Positions 26,315 to 34,770 of a stretch of 41,448 nt of DNA are shown here, piece after piece. Positions within the stretch are counted from its first letter, which is position 1, and every line of letters starts with the position of its first letter. A model generated the notes under the pieces. That model saw nothing but the letters and a program-made list of their open reading frames with translations, was not told where the DNA came from and made no database searches. Both the position numbers and the translations under genes were made by a program. Location: positions 1 to 41,448 of the forward strand of contig JAFVRA010000074.1 in assembly GCA_017504545.1 (NCBI GenBank). Direction: 5' to 3'. This DNA comes from Clostridia bacterium. Lineage in GTDB: Bacteria; Bacillota; Clostridia; Oscillospirales; CAG-272.

Positions 26315-27351
26315 ACACCGACATCTTTAAGATATATCCCGACAGCATCGACTCAGAGGCTATCCGCTCAGCCGCAAGCGTGATCAAGGCAGGCGGACTC
26401 GTTGCCTTCCCTACCGAGACGGTCTACGGTCTTGGAGCTGATGCTACCGACAAAAACGCGGCTAAGAAGATATACGCCGCAAAGGGCAGACCGTCGGATA
26501 ATCCCCTGATAATCCACGTAGCCTCTCCCGAGGACGCGCGTATCTACGCCGAGGTCTCCGAGCTTTACGAAAGGCTCGCAAAGGCGTTTATGCCGGGGCC
26601 CTTGACCGTGATAATGCCTAAGAAGCTAATCGTTCCCGACGAGGTCACGGGCGGACTTGACTCTGTGGCTGTCCGCTGCCCCTCGCACCCTATCGCAAGG
26701 GCACTTATCTCTGCCGCAGGCGTGGCTATCGCCGCACCCTCGGCTAATATTTCAGGCTCTCCCTCACCGACCTGCGCGGAGCACGTCATCAAGGATATGC
26801 AAGGGCGCATAGAGACCATCATCGACGGTGGTGAATGCGAGATAGGGCTTGAATCCACGATAGTCAAAATAATCGGCGAGAAGCTCGTGATGCTTCGCCC
26901 CGGTGCAATTACGGCTGACGCGCTTCGTTGCGTGTGTGACGAGGTCGAGATAGCGAGCGCGGTCACCGAGTCTCTTGGCGAGAACGAACGTCCGCTCTCC
27001 CCCGGAATGAAATACAGACATTACGCGCCCTCATCTCCCCTCGTGCTGCTCGACGGAACGCGCGAGGCGGTTGCAAGCTTTCTCTCTGCCGCACAGGCAA
27101 GCGAGAACTGCGCGATCCTCTGCTACAGCGAGGAAAAGGCGCTTCTTAAAAATGAAAACATTATCGATATAGGCAGCGAGAGCGATCTCAAGGCTCAGGC
27201 GCAAAGGCTGTTCGGCGCGCTTAGAAAGGCAGATACCTTCGGGTGCGACATAATCTACGCCCACCTGCCCGTGCAAGAGGGCTTGGGACTTGCGCTCTAC
27301 AACAGACTTATAAGAGCCGCCGCCCATACCGTAAGGAAGGTCAACTCCTAA
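26311..27351 (+). CDS. tsaC: L-threonylcarbamoyladenylate synthase (Sua5/YwlC/TsaC, long form)
   Basis: 346 aa. FPTETVYGLGADA, RPSDNPLIIHV, SANISGSPSP, plus a C-terminal Sua5 domain. ATGA overlap with prfA. Confidence 0.85.
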   Translation: MNTDIFKIYPDSIDSEAIRSAASVIKAGGLVAFPTETVYGLGADATDKNAAKKIYAAKGRPSDNPLIIHVASPEDARIYAEVSELYERLAKAFMPGPLTVIMPKKLIVPDEVTGGLDSVAVRCPSHPIARALISAAGVAIAAPSANISGSPSPTCAEHVIKDMQGRIETIIDGGECEIGLESTIVKIIGEKLVMLRPGAITADALRCVCDEVEIASAVTESLGENERPLSPGMKYRHYAPSSPLVLLDGTREAVASFLSAAQASENCAILCYSEEKALLKNENIIDIGSESDLKAQAQRLFGALRKADTFGCDIIYAHLPVQEGLGLALYNRLIRAAAHTVRKVNS

Positions 27352-27387
27352 GAAACAAACAACTCTAAAGATAAGGACGGTGCCAAA

Positions 27388-29628
27388 ATGGCAAAGAAAA
27401 CATCCAGATCCAAGGAAAACAGCGAAATAATATACGCTCCGGCGCAGGAGCAGCTCATCACAGATACCATTGAAAAAAACTATATGCCCTACGTTATGAG
27501 CGTTATAGTTGCCCGCGCTATCCCCGAGATAGACGGTCTCAAGCCCTCTCACCGCAAGCTGCTTTACACTATGTACAAGATGGGCTTGCTTACGGGTAAC
27601 CGCACCAAAAGCGCGAACGTGGTAGGACAGACGATGAAGCTCAATCCTCACGGAGATATGGCTATATACGAGACTATGGTTCGTCTCACAAGAGGCAACG
27701 AGTCGCTCCTTCACCCATTCGTTGACTCCAAGGGAAGCTTTGGTAAGCAGTACTCCTCTAACATGCGCTTTGCCGCATCGCGTTACACCGAGGTAAAGCT
27801 TGACAGCTTCTGCGCTGAGCTTTTCAAGGGCATTGACAAGGACGCGGTAGATTTTGTTCCCAACTACGATAATACTATGCAGGAGCCCGTTCTCCTCCCC
27901 ACCACCTTCCCGAATATTCTCGTTACTCCAAACAAGGGAATTGCGGTAGGTATGGCGTCTGATATATGCTCCTTCAATCTCTCTGAGGTCTGCGACGGCA
28001 CTATCGCGGTGCTCAAGAACCCCAAAGTCTCCACCGACAGGATAATGGACATAATCAAAGCGCCCGACTTCCCCGGCGGCGGAGCGATACTCTACAACCG
28101 AGAGGATATGCGACAGATCTACGAGACCGGCTCGGGCTCTGTAAAGATCCGCTCGCGCTACAACTATGACAAGGCGCAGAACTGCATAGATATAATTCAG
28201 ATCCCCTACTCTACCAATATTGAGGCGATACTCAACAAGATCTCCGACCTCGTTAAAGAGGGCAAGCTCAAGGAAGTAGTTGACTTCCGCGACGAGATCG
28301 ACCTCAGCGGATTTAAGCTCACGCTCGATCTCCGCAGAGGCGTTGATCCCGACAAGCTGATGCTCAAGCTCTTTAAGATGACTCCCCTTGAGGACAGCTT
28401 CAAGTGCAACTTCAACGTGCTTATCGACTCCAACCCAAGACAGATGGGAGTCGTTGAGATAATCAAGGAATGGATCAAATTCCGTCTCGGATGCCTCAAG
28501 AGAGAGCTTTCGTTTGACCTTAAGAAAAAGAAGGACAAGCTCCATCTGCTTCTCGGTCTTGGAAAGATACTGCTTGACATCGACAAGGCTATCCGCATAA
28601 TAAGACACACCGAAAAGGAAGAGGACGTTATCCCCAACCTTATGGCAGGCTTCGGAATTGACGAGATCCAGGCAGAATACATCGCCGAGATCAAGCTCCG
28701 CAACCTCAACAAGCAGTACATCATCAACCGTATCAACGAGATCGAGGGACTTCAGGCTGAGATTGCGAAGATAGAGGATATACTTGCCGACGAGCTCAAG
28801 CAGAAGGCGCTTATCTCCTCTCAGCTTACCGAGATCAAGAAGAAGTACGGTCAGCCCCGTCGCTCACAGATAATCCACATCGACGACGTAGTCATCTACA
28901 GCGAGGACGACGAGGTCGAGAACTACAACGTTCGTCTGTATATGACGAGCGAGGGCTACTTCAAGAAGATAACGCTTCAGTCGCTCCGCGGAAACGACGA
29001 GCAGAAGTTCAAGGACGGAGATTTCCTTACCTTCACGGCTGACACCGACAACCTCGCCGACCTTGTGTTCGTTACCAACAAGCAGCAGATCTACAGAGCG
29101 AAGGTTGCGGATTTCGAGTGCTGCAAGGCATCGGCAATGGGCGACTTCCTGCCCGCTAAGCTCTCTATGGACGAGGGCGAGCGCCCCGTATTTATGAGAA
29201 TTCAGAAGAGCTATCCCGACAACGAGCACTTCGTTTATATCTTTGAAAACGGTAAGGGCGTAAGAGTGCCCGCAAGCTGCTACGAGACCAAGGGCAACAG
29301 AAAGAAGCTCGTCAACGCCTTCTCCTCTGCTTCGCCTATCTGCGCGGTATTCTACGAGATCGAAAAGGATCCCTACGAGATACTTCTCGTGAGCGATGCT
29401 GAGCGCGCGATCACGATCAAAACCTCGCTTATCCCGATAAAGACCACGCGTACCTCGGGCGGCGTAACGCTGATGACTATGAAGAAGGGCAACAAGCTCA
29501 AATACGCTACCGACAATATCCCCGAGGCATATACGAAGGGATATAAGAAGCTGAAGATCCCCGCCTCGGGAGTTACTATTCCCGACGAAGATCTCTCGGC
29601 GCTTCAACTGAGCATATACACGGAATAA
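27388..29628 (+). CDS. parC: Type IIA topoisomerase subunit A (ParC/GyrA family)
   Basis: 746 aa. DGLKPSHRKLLYTMYKMGL, HPHGDMAIYETMVRL, and the active-site Tyr in FAASRYTEVKL. No B subunit is adjacent, so parC versus a gyrA paralog is unresolved. Confidence 0.75.
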   Translation: MAKKTSRSKENSEIIYAPAQEQLITDTIEKNYMPYVMSVIVARAIPEIDGLKPSHRKLLYTMYKMGLLTGNRTKSANVVGQTMKLNPHGDMAIYETMVRLTRGNESLLHPFVDSKGSFGKQYSSNMRFAASRYTEVKLDSFCAELFKGIDKDAVDFVPNYDNTMQEPVLLPTTFPNILVTPNKGIAVGMASDICSFNLSEVCDGTIAVLKNPKVSTDRIMDIIKAPDFPGGGAILYNREDMRQIYETGSGSVKIRSRYNYDKAQNCIDIIQIPYSTNIEAILNKISDLVKEGKLKEVVDFRDEIDLSGFKLTLDLRRGVDPDKLMLKLFKMTPLEDSFKCNFNVLIDSNPRQMGVVEIIKEWIKFRLGCLKRELSFDLKKKKDKLHLLLGLGKILLDIDKAIRIIRHTEKEEDVIPNLMAGFGIDEIQAEYIAEIKLRNLNKQYIINRINEIEGLQAEIAKIEDILADELKQKALISSQLTEIKKKYGQPRRSQIIHIDDVVIYSEDDEVENYNVRLYMTSEGYFKKITLQSLRGNDEQKFKDGDFLTFTADTDNLADLVFVTNKQQIYRAKVADFECCKASAMGDFLPAKLSMDEGERPVFMRIQKSYPDNEHFVYIFENGKGVRVPASCYETKGNRKKLVNAFSSASPICAVFYEIEKDPYEILLVSDAERAITIKTSLIPIKTTRTSGGVTLMTMKKGNKLKYATDNIPEAYTKGYKKLKIPASGVTIPDEDLSALQLSIYTE

Positions 29629-29658
29629 GCGAAAACTAAGACGAAAGGAAATACCACT

Positions 29659-29763
29659 ATGAACAAGAAAACAAAGCTTTGGGTAAGAGCTCTTTGTTGG
29701 GCTCTCGCTGGTCTGATGGTATCGGGCGGCGTTGCTACTCTCATCTCTTTCCTTGTAAAATAA
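29659..29763 (+). CDS. Possible 34-aa small membrane protein
   Basis: MNKKTKLWVRALCWALAGLMVSGGVATLISFLVK. A weak AGGAAA RBS lies 8 nt upstream. The ORF sits between the topoisomerase stop and its terminator. It is below the ORF-track size cutoff. Confidence 0.3.
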   Translation: MNKKTKLWVRALCWALAGLMVSGGVATLISFLVK

Positions 29764-29816
29764 ACTAAAAAAGAAGCAGTTCATCACCTCTGCATTCTTA
29801 GCGAAGAAAACACAAA

Positions 29817-29849
29817 CACCACCAAGGAAATCTCTTTGGTGGTGTTTTT
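29817..29849 (+). terminator. Rho-independent terminator
   Basis: CACCACCAA-ggaaatctct-TTGGTGGTG followed by TTTTT. Confidence 0.75.
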
Positions 29850-29871
29850 CTATTGGCGGTAGCTTTCCAAA

Positions 29872-29994
29872 GCCTCCCTTGTGTAAAGGGAGGTGGCTCG
29901 CGTAAGCGAGACGGAGGGATTGTAAAAGCAAGATTATACCACAAAACAATCCCTCAGTCACCTCCGGTGACAGCTCCCTTTACACAAGGGAGCC
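29872..29994. repeat. Structured four-hairpin intergenic repeat, copy 2 (MITE/REP-like)
   Basis: - Left arm: CCTCCCTT-gtgta-AAGGGAGG and CTCGC-gtaa-GCGAG, then GAGGGATTGT.
- AT-rich centre.
- Right arm: ACAATCCCTC, then GTCACC-tcc-GGTGAC and GCTCCCTT-tacac-AAGGGAGC.
- The arms are imperfect inverted repeats of ~50 nt. Confidence 0.75.
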
Positions 29995-30139
29995 TTATAT
30001 GCGCCGTTCTTCTGCGGATAGTGGGTTCGGGCTTCTGCCCGATTATGCGCGGACTGCCACGCGCTATGCTTGCCCCAGACGCGAGCGTCGGGAAAAGCAA
30101 AAACAAACATTGGTTGAGTCGTAAACAACTATTTGATAA

Positions 30140-30167
30140 TTGTTTTTTCACAAATATATGCTATAAT
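30140..30167 (+). promoter_or_regulatory. SigmaA-type promoter with extended -10
   Basis: TTGTTT-N16-(TGc)TATAAT, 40 nt upstream of ATG 30208. Confidence 0.4.
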
Positions 30168-30207
30168 ATAATCACACCGGTGATAACTATTTCAAGGAGG
30201 AGTTTTT

Positions 30208-31368
30208 ATGCAACTTAATTTAGGTACTAAAATTAGAGAACTGCGCAGACGTGATGGACGCACACAAGATAATCTTGCAGAAGCTCTCGGCGTAACTGCG
30301 CAGGCTGTTTCTCGTTGGGAGTCGAGTGGTAGTTATCCCGATATGGAAATGATCCCTGCTATCGCGAATTATTTCCATGTATCCATAGATGAACTGTTCG
30401 GGTACCAGAACGATCGGGAAGAGCGGATCAAGCGAATTCTGGAGGAGGCAAAGAACCAAATAAATGCTCAAGGCTACCTTTTGGGAAGGGGCCACGGAGA
30501 CTATGAGAGATGTGTGCAAATGCTCCGCGAAGCTGTTGCGGAATTTCCTAACGAGCCCGAGATTCTTTTCCAGCTCGCAGAAGCGTTGCATCGGCTTGGA
30601 TGGCAAAAGCACGGTCGTGCCATACGCATGAAAGATGACGACAAAGAGCATTTTTATGAAAATGTGGAATACAACACGCAAAACACCTATTGGTGGGAGG
30701 CATTACAGGTATATGAAAAACTGTTAAAAATGGATATTTCATCCGAACGCCACGGAGAAATCGTACTAACGACCGTGATGATCTACAGAAGCATGGGTGA
30801 ATACGAAAAAGCCAAGGCACTTGCCTGCGCACAAGACTCTATGCATTATTCCAAAGAAGCACTTTTGCCGCGAGCCGTGGTTGGCGAGGAAATAGATAAA
30901 ACCCAAGGGGAAAGCGTTATTGCGTGTCTGCACGTGCTGAATTGGGTACTGTCCTATGCGGTGACACACAAGCCAGACGCTCAGATCAGCGAGTACGACA
31001 GAAGCGTTCTTTTGACCATCGCCCATATGTATGAGTTGGTGTTCAACGACGGAAGATGTGGGTGTGAGCACTGGACACTCGGACGTTTGTATCTCATTTT
31101 GTCCCGACAGGAGTTCATCAATGGGGGAAATGTGCAAAAAGCCATTGCCAATTTTGATAAGAGTTTTGCCCACTACAAAGCATACAAGGATATCTGCGGG
31201 CAGGGTGATTACCAGTATTCAGCCCCACTTGTATCCAAGGTGACAGTTTCAGGCGACAGACTTCCTGCCGTATGGGATGACTATTGGAAAGGAATTCTGA
31301 ACGGTATGCCCGACTCCCTTCTCGCCGAGCTCCGCCAAATCCCCAAATATGCCGAATGCTTTGAATAA
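30208..31368 (+). CDS. XRE-family HTH transcriptional regulator with a TPR-like C-terminal domain
   Basis: 386 aa. N-terminal Cro/C1 HTH (LGTKIRELRRRDGRTQDNLAEALGVTAQAVSRWESSGSYPDMEMIPAIANYFHVSIDELF). The remainder is helical repeats (ALQVYEKLLKMD, MIYRSMGEYEKAKALA). GGAGG RBS. Confidence 0.8.
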   Translation: MQLNLGTKIRELRRRDGRTQDNLAEALGVTAQAVSRWESSGSYPDMEMIPAIANYFHVSIDELFGYQNDREERIKRILEEAKNQINAQGYLLGRGHGDYERCVQMLREAVAEFPNEPEILFQLAEALHRLGWQKHGRAIRMKDDDKEHFYENVEYNTQNTYWWEALQVYEKLLKMDISSERHGEIVLTTVMIYRSMGEYEKAKALACAQDSMHYSKEALLPRAVVGEEIDKTQGESVIACLHVLNWVLSYAVTHKPDAQISEYDRSVLLTIAHMYELVFNDGRCGCEHWTLGRLYLILSRQEFINGGNVQKAIANFDKSFAHYKAYKDICGQGDYQYSAPLVSKVTVSGDRLPAVWDDYWKGILNGMPDSLLAELRQIPKYAECFE

Positions 31369-31414
31369 TCTCTCGCCCCGCCTCGTGTGGGGCATTTCTT
31401 TGCTTTCTGCATAT

Positions 31415-31444
31415 CAAAAAGCCACCACGAAAAAACATGGTGGC
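31415..31444 (-). terminator. Rho-independent terminator of the CHAP hydrolase gene
   Basis: Minus strand reads GCCACCA-tgttttttcg-TGGTGGC followed by TTTTT. Confidence 0.65.
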
Positions 31445-31508
31445 TCATTTCAATTTTACCGCTATTTTTGCAGACGCTCTGAACTGCTTCTTTTTTATAT
31501 TCTAACAA

Positions 31509-33188
31509 TTATTCCTCTCTTTTTCTGCCTGCGAGTGTGCAGCAAGCCGTAGCGCAGAGCGCTACTATTACTACCGTCGTGCCAAGGCTCGACGAGCAGC
31601 CGCTCGTTTCGTTATGCTCGGTCTCGTCGCCGCTCTCCGACTCACTTGCGTCGGGGTCTGTGGCGCTATCGATCTCGGTAGGCTTTTCGGTAGGCTCCTC
31701 AGTAGGCTTTTCAACCGGAGGCTTACGCTTTGCTACGACTGTAAAGTCAAGCGTATCAAGAATGGTAATAACGCCGTTATCAAGCTTGAGCAGGAAGGTT
31801 ATCTGATGCTTTCCTCGCATAAGGTCAAGCAGCTCGGCGTCTATCTTGCAAAGCACGGTGTTCTCTCCACCGATACTTATCTGATCTTCACTCAGCTCGT
31901 CCTCAAGAAGCGCATCCGAAACCCATCTTATATTCTCTCTGTTGCCGTCAAGGTAATATCCTGCCTCAACTACGTTATATTCAAATCCAAACCAACCGCA
32001 GAGCGACACAGAGCCGCCCTCCTCGACCTTCATATCCACGCCGTCGTGTGCTTCTTCGGAGTTAAGATAATCGGTGATCCTTCCGCCGATATATCCTTCG
32101 GTCTTATCGAAAGGAAGGAATGAGATCGGGGGAGCGATAGGTGTTGAAGTGCTTATTTGGATAACGCGATCGGTATCATTGTTGACCACATATCCCTCAA
32201 GCACCTCGCCGTCTATTTCGCATACTGCCTTAAGCATACCGCCAAGACCGTTCTCCACAACCTCGGTTACCTCTAAGAGAGTGCCTGCAGGGATAAGCGC
32301 GTAGTCGCCCTCAAGCGAGCTGTCTGCATAGAGATATTTGCCCGTAGCCGCAACGTAGAGTCCGGGAGTCACCTTTCTTCCGCTGTAATCTATCTTCGAT
32401 ACCTCATCGTCCGTCTTGTAAGGGGGCGTTCCGTAGCCCTCTATGCAGGAGTAATCAAGCGCGTAGCTCTTGAAATGCACACCACCGCCGTTGGAGACCA
32501 TAGTAGAGCCGCCGTTGGTGTTACCTTCAACGGTATATACTCTCTCACCGTCGGAATAAAGCACTATACCGATGTGTCCGATAGCCTTCTCGGGCGACCA
32601 ACGGAAGAAGATAAGGTCGCCGCTCTTAGGCGTATAATTGCCGCCGTTTGCGAGTGATTTTTGGAAATAACCCGTCTCTGTAAGGTTCTGCGCCCACTTG
32701 GGACATCCTACCTCACGCCAGATGTAATCGGGGTCTCCCATGTGATTTCTGCACCAATCGCTGATCTTATTAAGCTCGGTAGAACGCGACTGAAGCAGGC
32801 AGAAGGAAACGAAGGAAGCGCACCAATCGTAGTTGCCCGTGCCGTATCCCGAGCCGAAATCGCCCATATTCCAGTTATACTCGGTGAAATTGTCTCCGCC
32901 GCCAAGCGTACCGCTGATATCGTCAAGCGTGTCGCTTTCCATATAGCCGATCTGAGAAAGCGCTACTGCCAGAAGGTCGGTAACGTTATCTCCCGTAAGC
33001 GGAAGCGAGGTAAGATTTCTATAATACTTCCCTGCTATGTAAGAGTCGGACGCGTAATTTGCGCCCTTTACGTAAGTGATAGTATCTTTCTCCTCATCCT
33101 CTGCGGCAAAGGTAGTAAAACTCAAGCAAGAGATCGCCATAATTGCCACGAGAGCGAGAGAAATTCCTCTCAAAGCGTATTTTTTCAT
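31509..33188 (-). CDS. Secreted CHAP-domain cell-wall hydrolase with PTE linker and Cys/TM C-terminal anchor
   Basis: 559 aa with a signal peptide. CHAP Cys/His blocks are YDWCASFVSFCLLQ and GHIGIVLYSDGERVYTVEGNT. The C-terminus is PVEKPTEEPTEKPTE...NETSGCSSSLGTTVVIVALCATACCTLAGRKREE. Confidence 0.8.
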   Translation of the reverse strand: MKKYALRGISLALVAIMAISCLSFTTFAAEDEEKDTITYVKGANYASDSYIAGKYYRNLTSLPLTGDNVTDLLAVALSQIGYMESDTLDDISGTLGGGDNFTEYNWNMGDFGSGYGTGNYDWCASFVSFCLLQSRSTELNKISDWCRNHMGDPDYIWREVGCPKWAQNLTETGYFQKSLANGGNYTPKSGDLIFFRWSPEKAIGHIGIVLYSDGERVYTVEGNTNGGSTMVSNGGGVHFKSYALDYSCIEGYGTPPYKTDDEVSKIDYSGRKVTPGLYVAATGKYLYADSSLEGDYALIPAGTLLEVTEVVENGLGGMLKAVCEIDGEVLEGYVVNNDTDRVIQISTSTPIAPPISFLPFDKTEGYIGGRITDYLNSEEAHDGVDMKVEEGGSVSLCGWFGFEYNVVEAGYYLDGNRENIRWVSDALLEDELSEDQISIGGENTVLCKIDAELLDLMRGKHQITFLLKLDNGVITILDTLDFTVVAKRKPPVEKPTEEPTEKPTEIDSATDPDASESESGDETEHNETSGCSSSLGTTVVIVALCATACCTLAGRKREE

Positions 33189-33254
33189 ATTAACCGTTCC
33201 AAAAAATTATTTGCCGTGTCAGCATCCCAAGGATAGCAATTCCACAACAAGATA

Positions 33255-33283
33255 ATTATACCATGATAACGAAAATTTGTAAA
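33255..33283 (-). promoter_or_regulatory. SigmaA-type promoter of the CHAP hydrolase gene
   Basis: Minus strand reads TTTACA-N17-TATAAT, ~65 nt upstream of ATG 33188. Confidence 0.45.
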
Positions 33284-33312
33284 GAGCTTTAGCGCAAATA
33301 TTCCCATATCAA

Positions 33313-33344
33313 GCAAAAAGCAGCTCCGATCACTCGGAGCTGCT
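33313..33344 (-). terminator. Rho-independent terminator of the decarboxylase operon
   Basis: Minus strand reads AGCAGCTCCGA-gtga-TCGGAGCTGCT followed by TTTTT, 10 nt after the stop at 33354. Confidence 0.8.
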
Positions 33345-33353
33345 TTTATTCAA

Positions 33354-34751
33354 TTACGCGTTGTGAATACCGAGAGCCGCATCAGCGTTGTCGGCATCAA
33401 GTCCGTACTTCTTTGCCTTTCTGTACTCAAAGAACTTGAGTGCTACCTGCTCGAAGAGAGCGTAGGAGAGGACGTCCTCGTCCTGCTCCATATAGGGCTT
33501 GATCTTCTCGCGGAGAGCGTCGAGCTCGGGAGCGAGCTTATCTGCGGGACGGCAGTCGATTCTTGGAGTGTCCCCGATGATCTTCTTTACGAATGCAGGG
33601 TCGATGTCAACGGGAGTCTTACCGTACTGACCCTCAACGAGTCCCTTGAACTCCTTGGTCACCATCTTGTATCTCTCGCCGCCGATAACGTTGAATACTG
33701 CCTGAGTACCAACGATCTGCGAGGAAGGAGTAACGAGAGGCGGATAACCCGCGTCGGCTCTTACTCTCGGAACCTCCTCAAGAACCTCGGTAAGCTTATC
33801 AGACTTGCCAGCCTGCTTGAGCTGAGAAACGAGGTTAGAGAGCATTCCGCCGGGAACCTGATAGATAAGCGCGTTTACGTCAACCTTAAGCATCTTGGGA
33901 TCAAGCAGACCGCTTGCAAGATACTTCTCGCGGATAGGCGCGAAATACTTTGTGATCTGGTCAAGCTGCTCGAGGCTGATGCCGGTATCGTACTCAGTGC
34001 CGCTGAGAGTTGCAACGAGCGACTCCGTGGGAGGCTGAGAAGTACCCATAGCCATGGGGGAGATCGCGGTGTCAACTATATCAGCGCCTGCCTCGATAGA
34101 CTTAAGGAGCGTCATAGAAGCAAGGCCCGAGGTGTAGTGGGTGTGTACCTGAATAGGAAGTTTTACGGTCTCCTTGAGTGCCTTTACGAGCTCGTACGCG
34201 TCGTAAGGCTTGAGCAGACCTGCCATATCCTTGATACAGATAGAGTTTGCACCCATATTCTCAAGGCGCTTTGCGTAGTCGGTAAAATACTCGAGAGTAT
34301 AAACGGGACCCGTGGTGTAGCTGATAGCCGCCTGAACGTGTCCGCCCTCCTTCTGAGTTGCCTTGATGGCAGTCTCGAGGTTACGCGCGTCGTTGAGAGC
34401 GTCAAAAATTCTGAGAATATCGATACCGTTAGCGATAGACTTCTGAACGAAGTATTCAACTACGTCGTCAGAGTAATGACGGTATCCGAGGATGTTCTGT
34501 CCTCTGAAGAGCATCTGAAGCTTTGTGTTCTTGACTTCTGCGCGGATCTTGCGGAGTCTCTCCCAGGGATCCTCGTTAAGAAAACGAAGGCAGGAATCAA
34601 AGGTTGCGCCACCCCACGCCTCAAGAGAGTGGTAGCCTACTTTATCGAGAGCTGCGAGAATAGGCAGCATCTCCTCTGTTTTCATTCTCGTAGCGACGAG
34701 CGACTGATGCGAGTCGCGGAGAACTGTTTCTGTTATTTTTACCTGTGCCAT
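33354..34751 (-). CDS. oadA: Oxaloacetate decarboxylase alpha / transcarboxylase 5S-type carboxyltransferase (no biotinyl domain)
   Basis: 465 aa. ITETVLRDSHQSLVATRM, ...LEAWGGATFD..., and HTHYTSGLA (HMGL-like/PYC-OADA fold). It ends before any AMKM biotin motif. Confidence 0.8.
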   Translation of the reverse strand: MAQVKITETVLRDSHQSLVATRMKTEEMLPILAALDKVGYHSLEAWGGATFDSCLRFLNEDPWERLRKIRAEVKNTKLQMLFRGQNILGYRHYSDDVVEYFVQKSIANGIDILRIFDALNDARNLETAIKATQKEGGHVQAAISYTTGPVYTLEYFTDYAKRLENMGANSICIKDMAGLLKPYDAYELVKALKETVKLPIQVHTHYTSGLASMTLLKSIEAGADIVDTAISPMAMGTSQPPTESLVATLSGTEYDTGISLEQLDQITKYFAPIREKYLASGLLDPKMLKVDVNALIYQVPGGMLSNLVSQLKQAGKSDKLTEVLEEVPRVRADAGYPPLVTPSSQIVGTQAVFNVIGGERYKMVTKEFKGLVEGQYGKTPVDIDPAFVKKIIGDTPRIDCRPADKLAPELDALREKIKPYMEQDEDVLSYALFEQVALKFFEYRKAKKYGLDADNADAALGIHNA

Positions 34752-34770
34752 TATACTAACCTCCGTTCAA

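Noticed and set aside
27031-29961. Long minus-strand ORFs 27031..28608 (525 aa), 28206..28736 and 28864..29961 (365 aa)
   Set aside because: They are antisense to tsaC and the ParC-like gene, which carry unmistakable motifs. None has an RBS or a recognisable domain.
29853-30218. 121-aa plus-strand ORF (and 29954..30151 on the minus strand) in the intergenic region
   Set aside because: It reads straight through the four-hairpin repeat and the adjacent GC hairpins (peptides like LPCVKGGGSRKRDGG, APFTQGSL). This is translation of repeat DNA, not a gene.
31437-31505. 22-codon hydrophobic ORF (MVAHFNFTAIFADALNCFFFIF) downstream of the XRE-TPR regulator, as a candidate signalling peptide
   Set aside because: There is no Shine-Dalgarno sequence. 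The ATG lies inside the stem of the CHAP-gene terminator. The peptide has no basic N-terminus or export signal. It is retained only as a note under the regulator finding.
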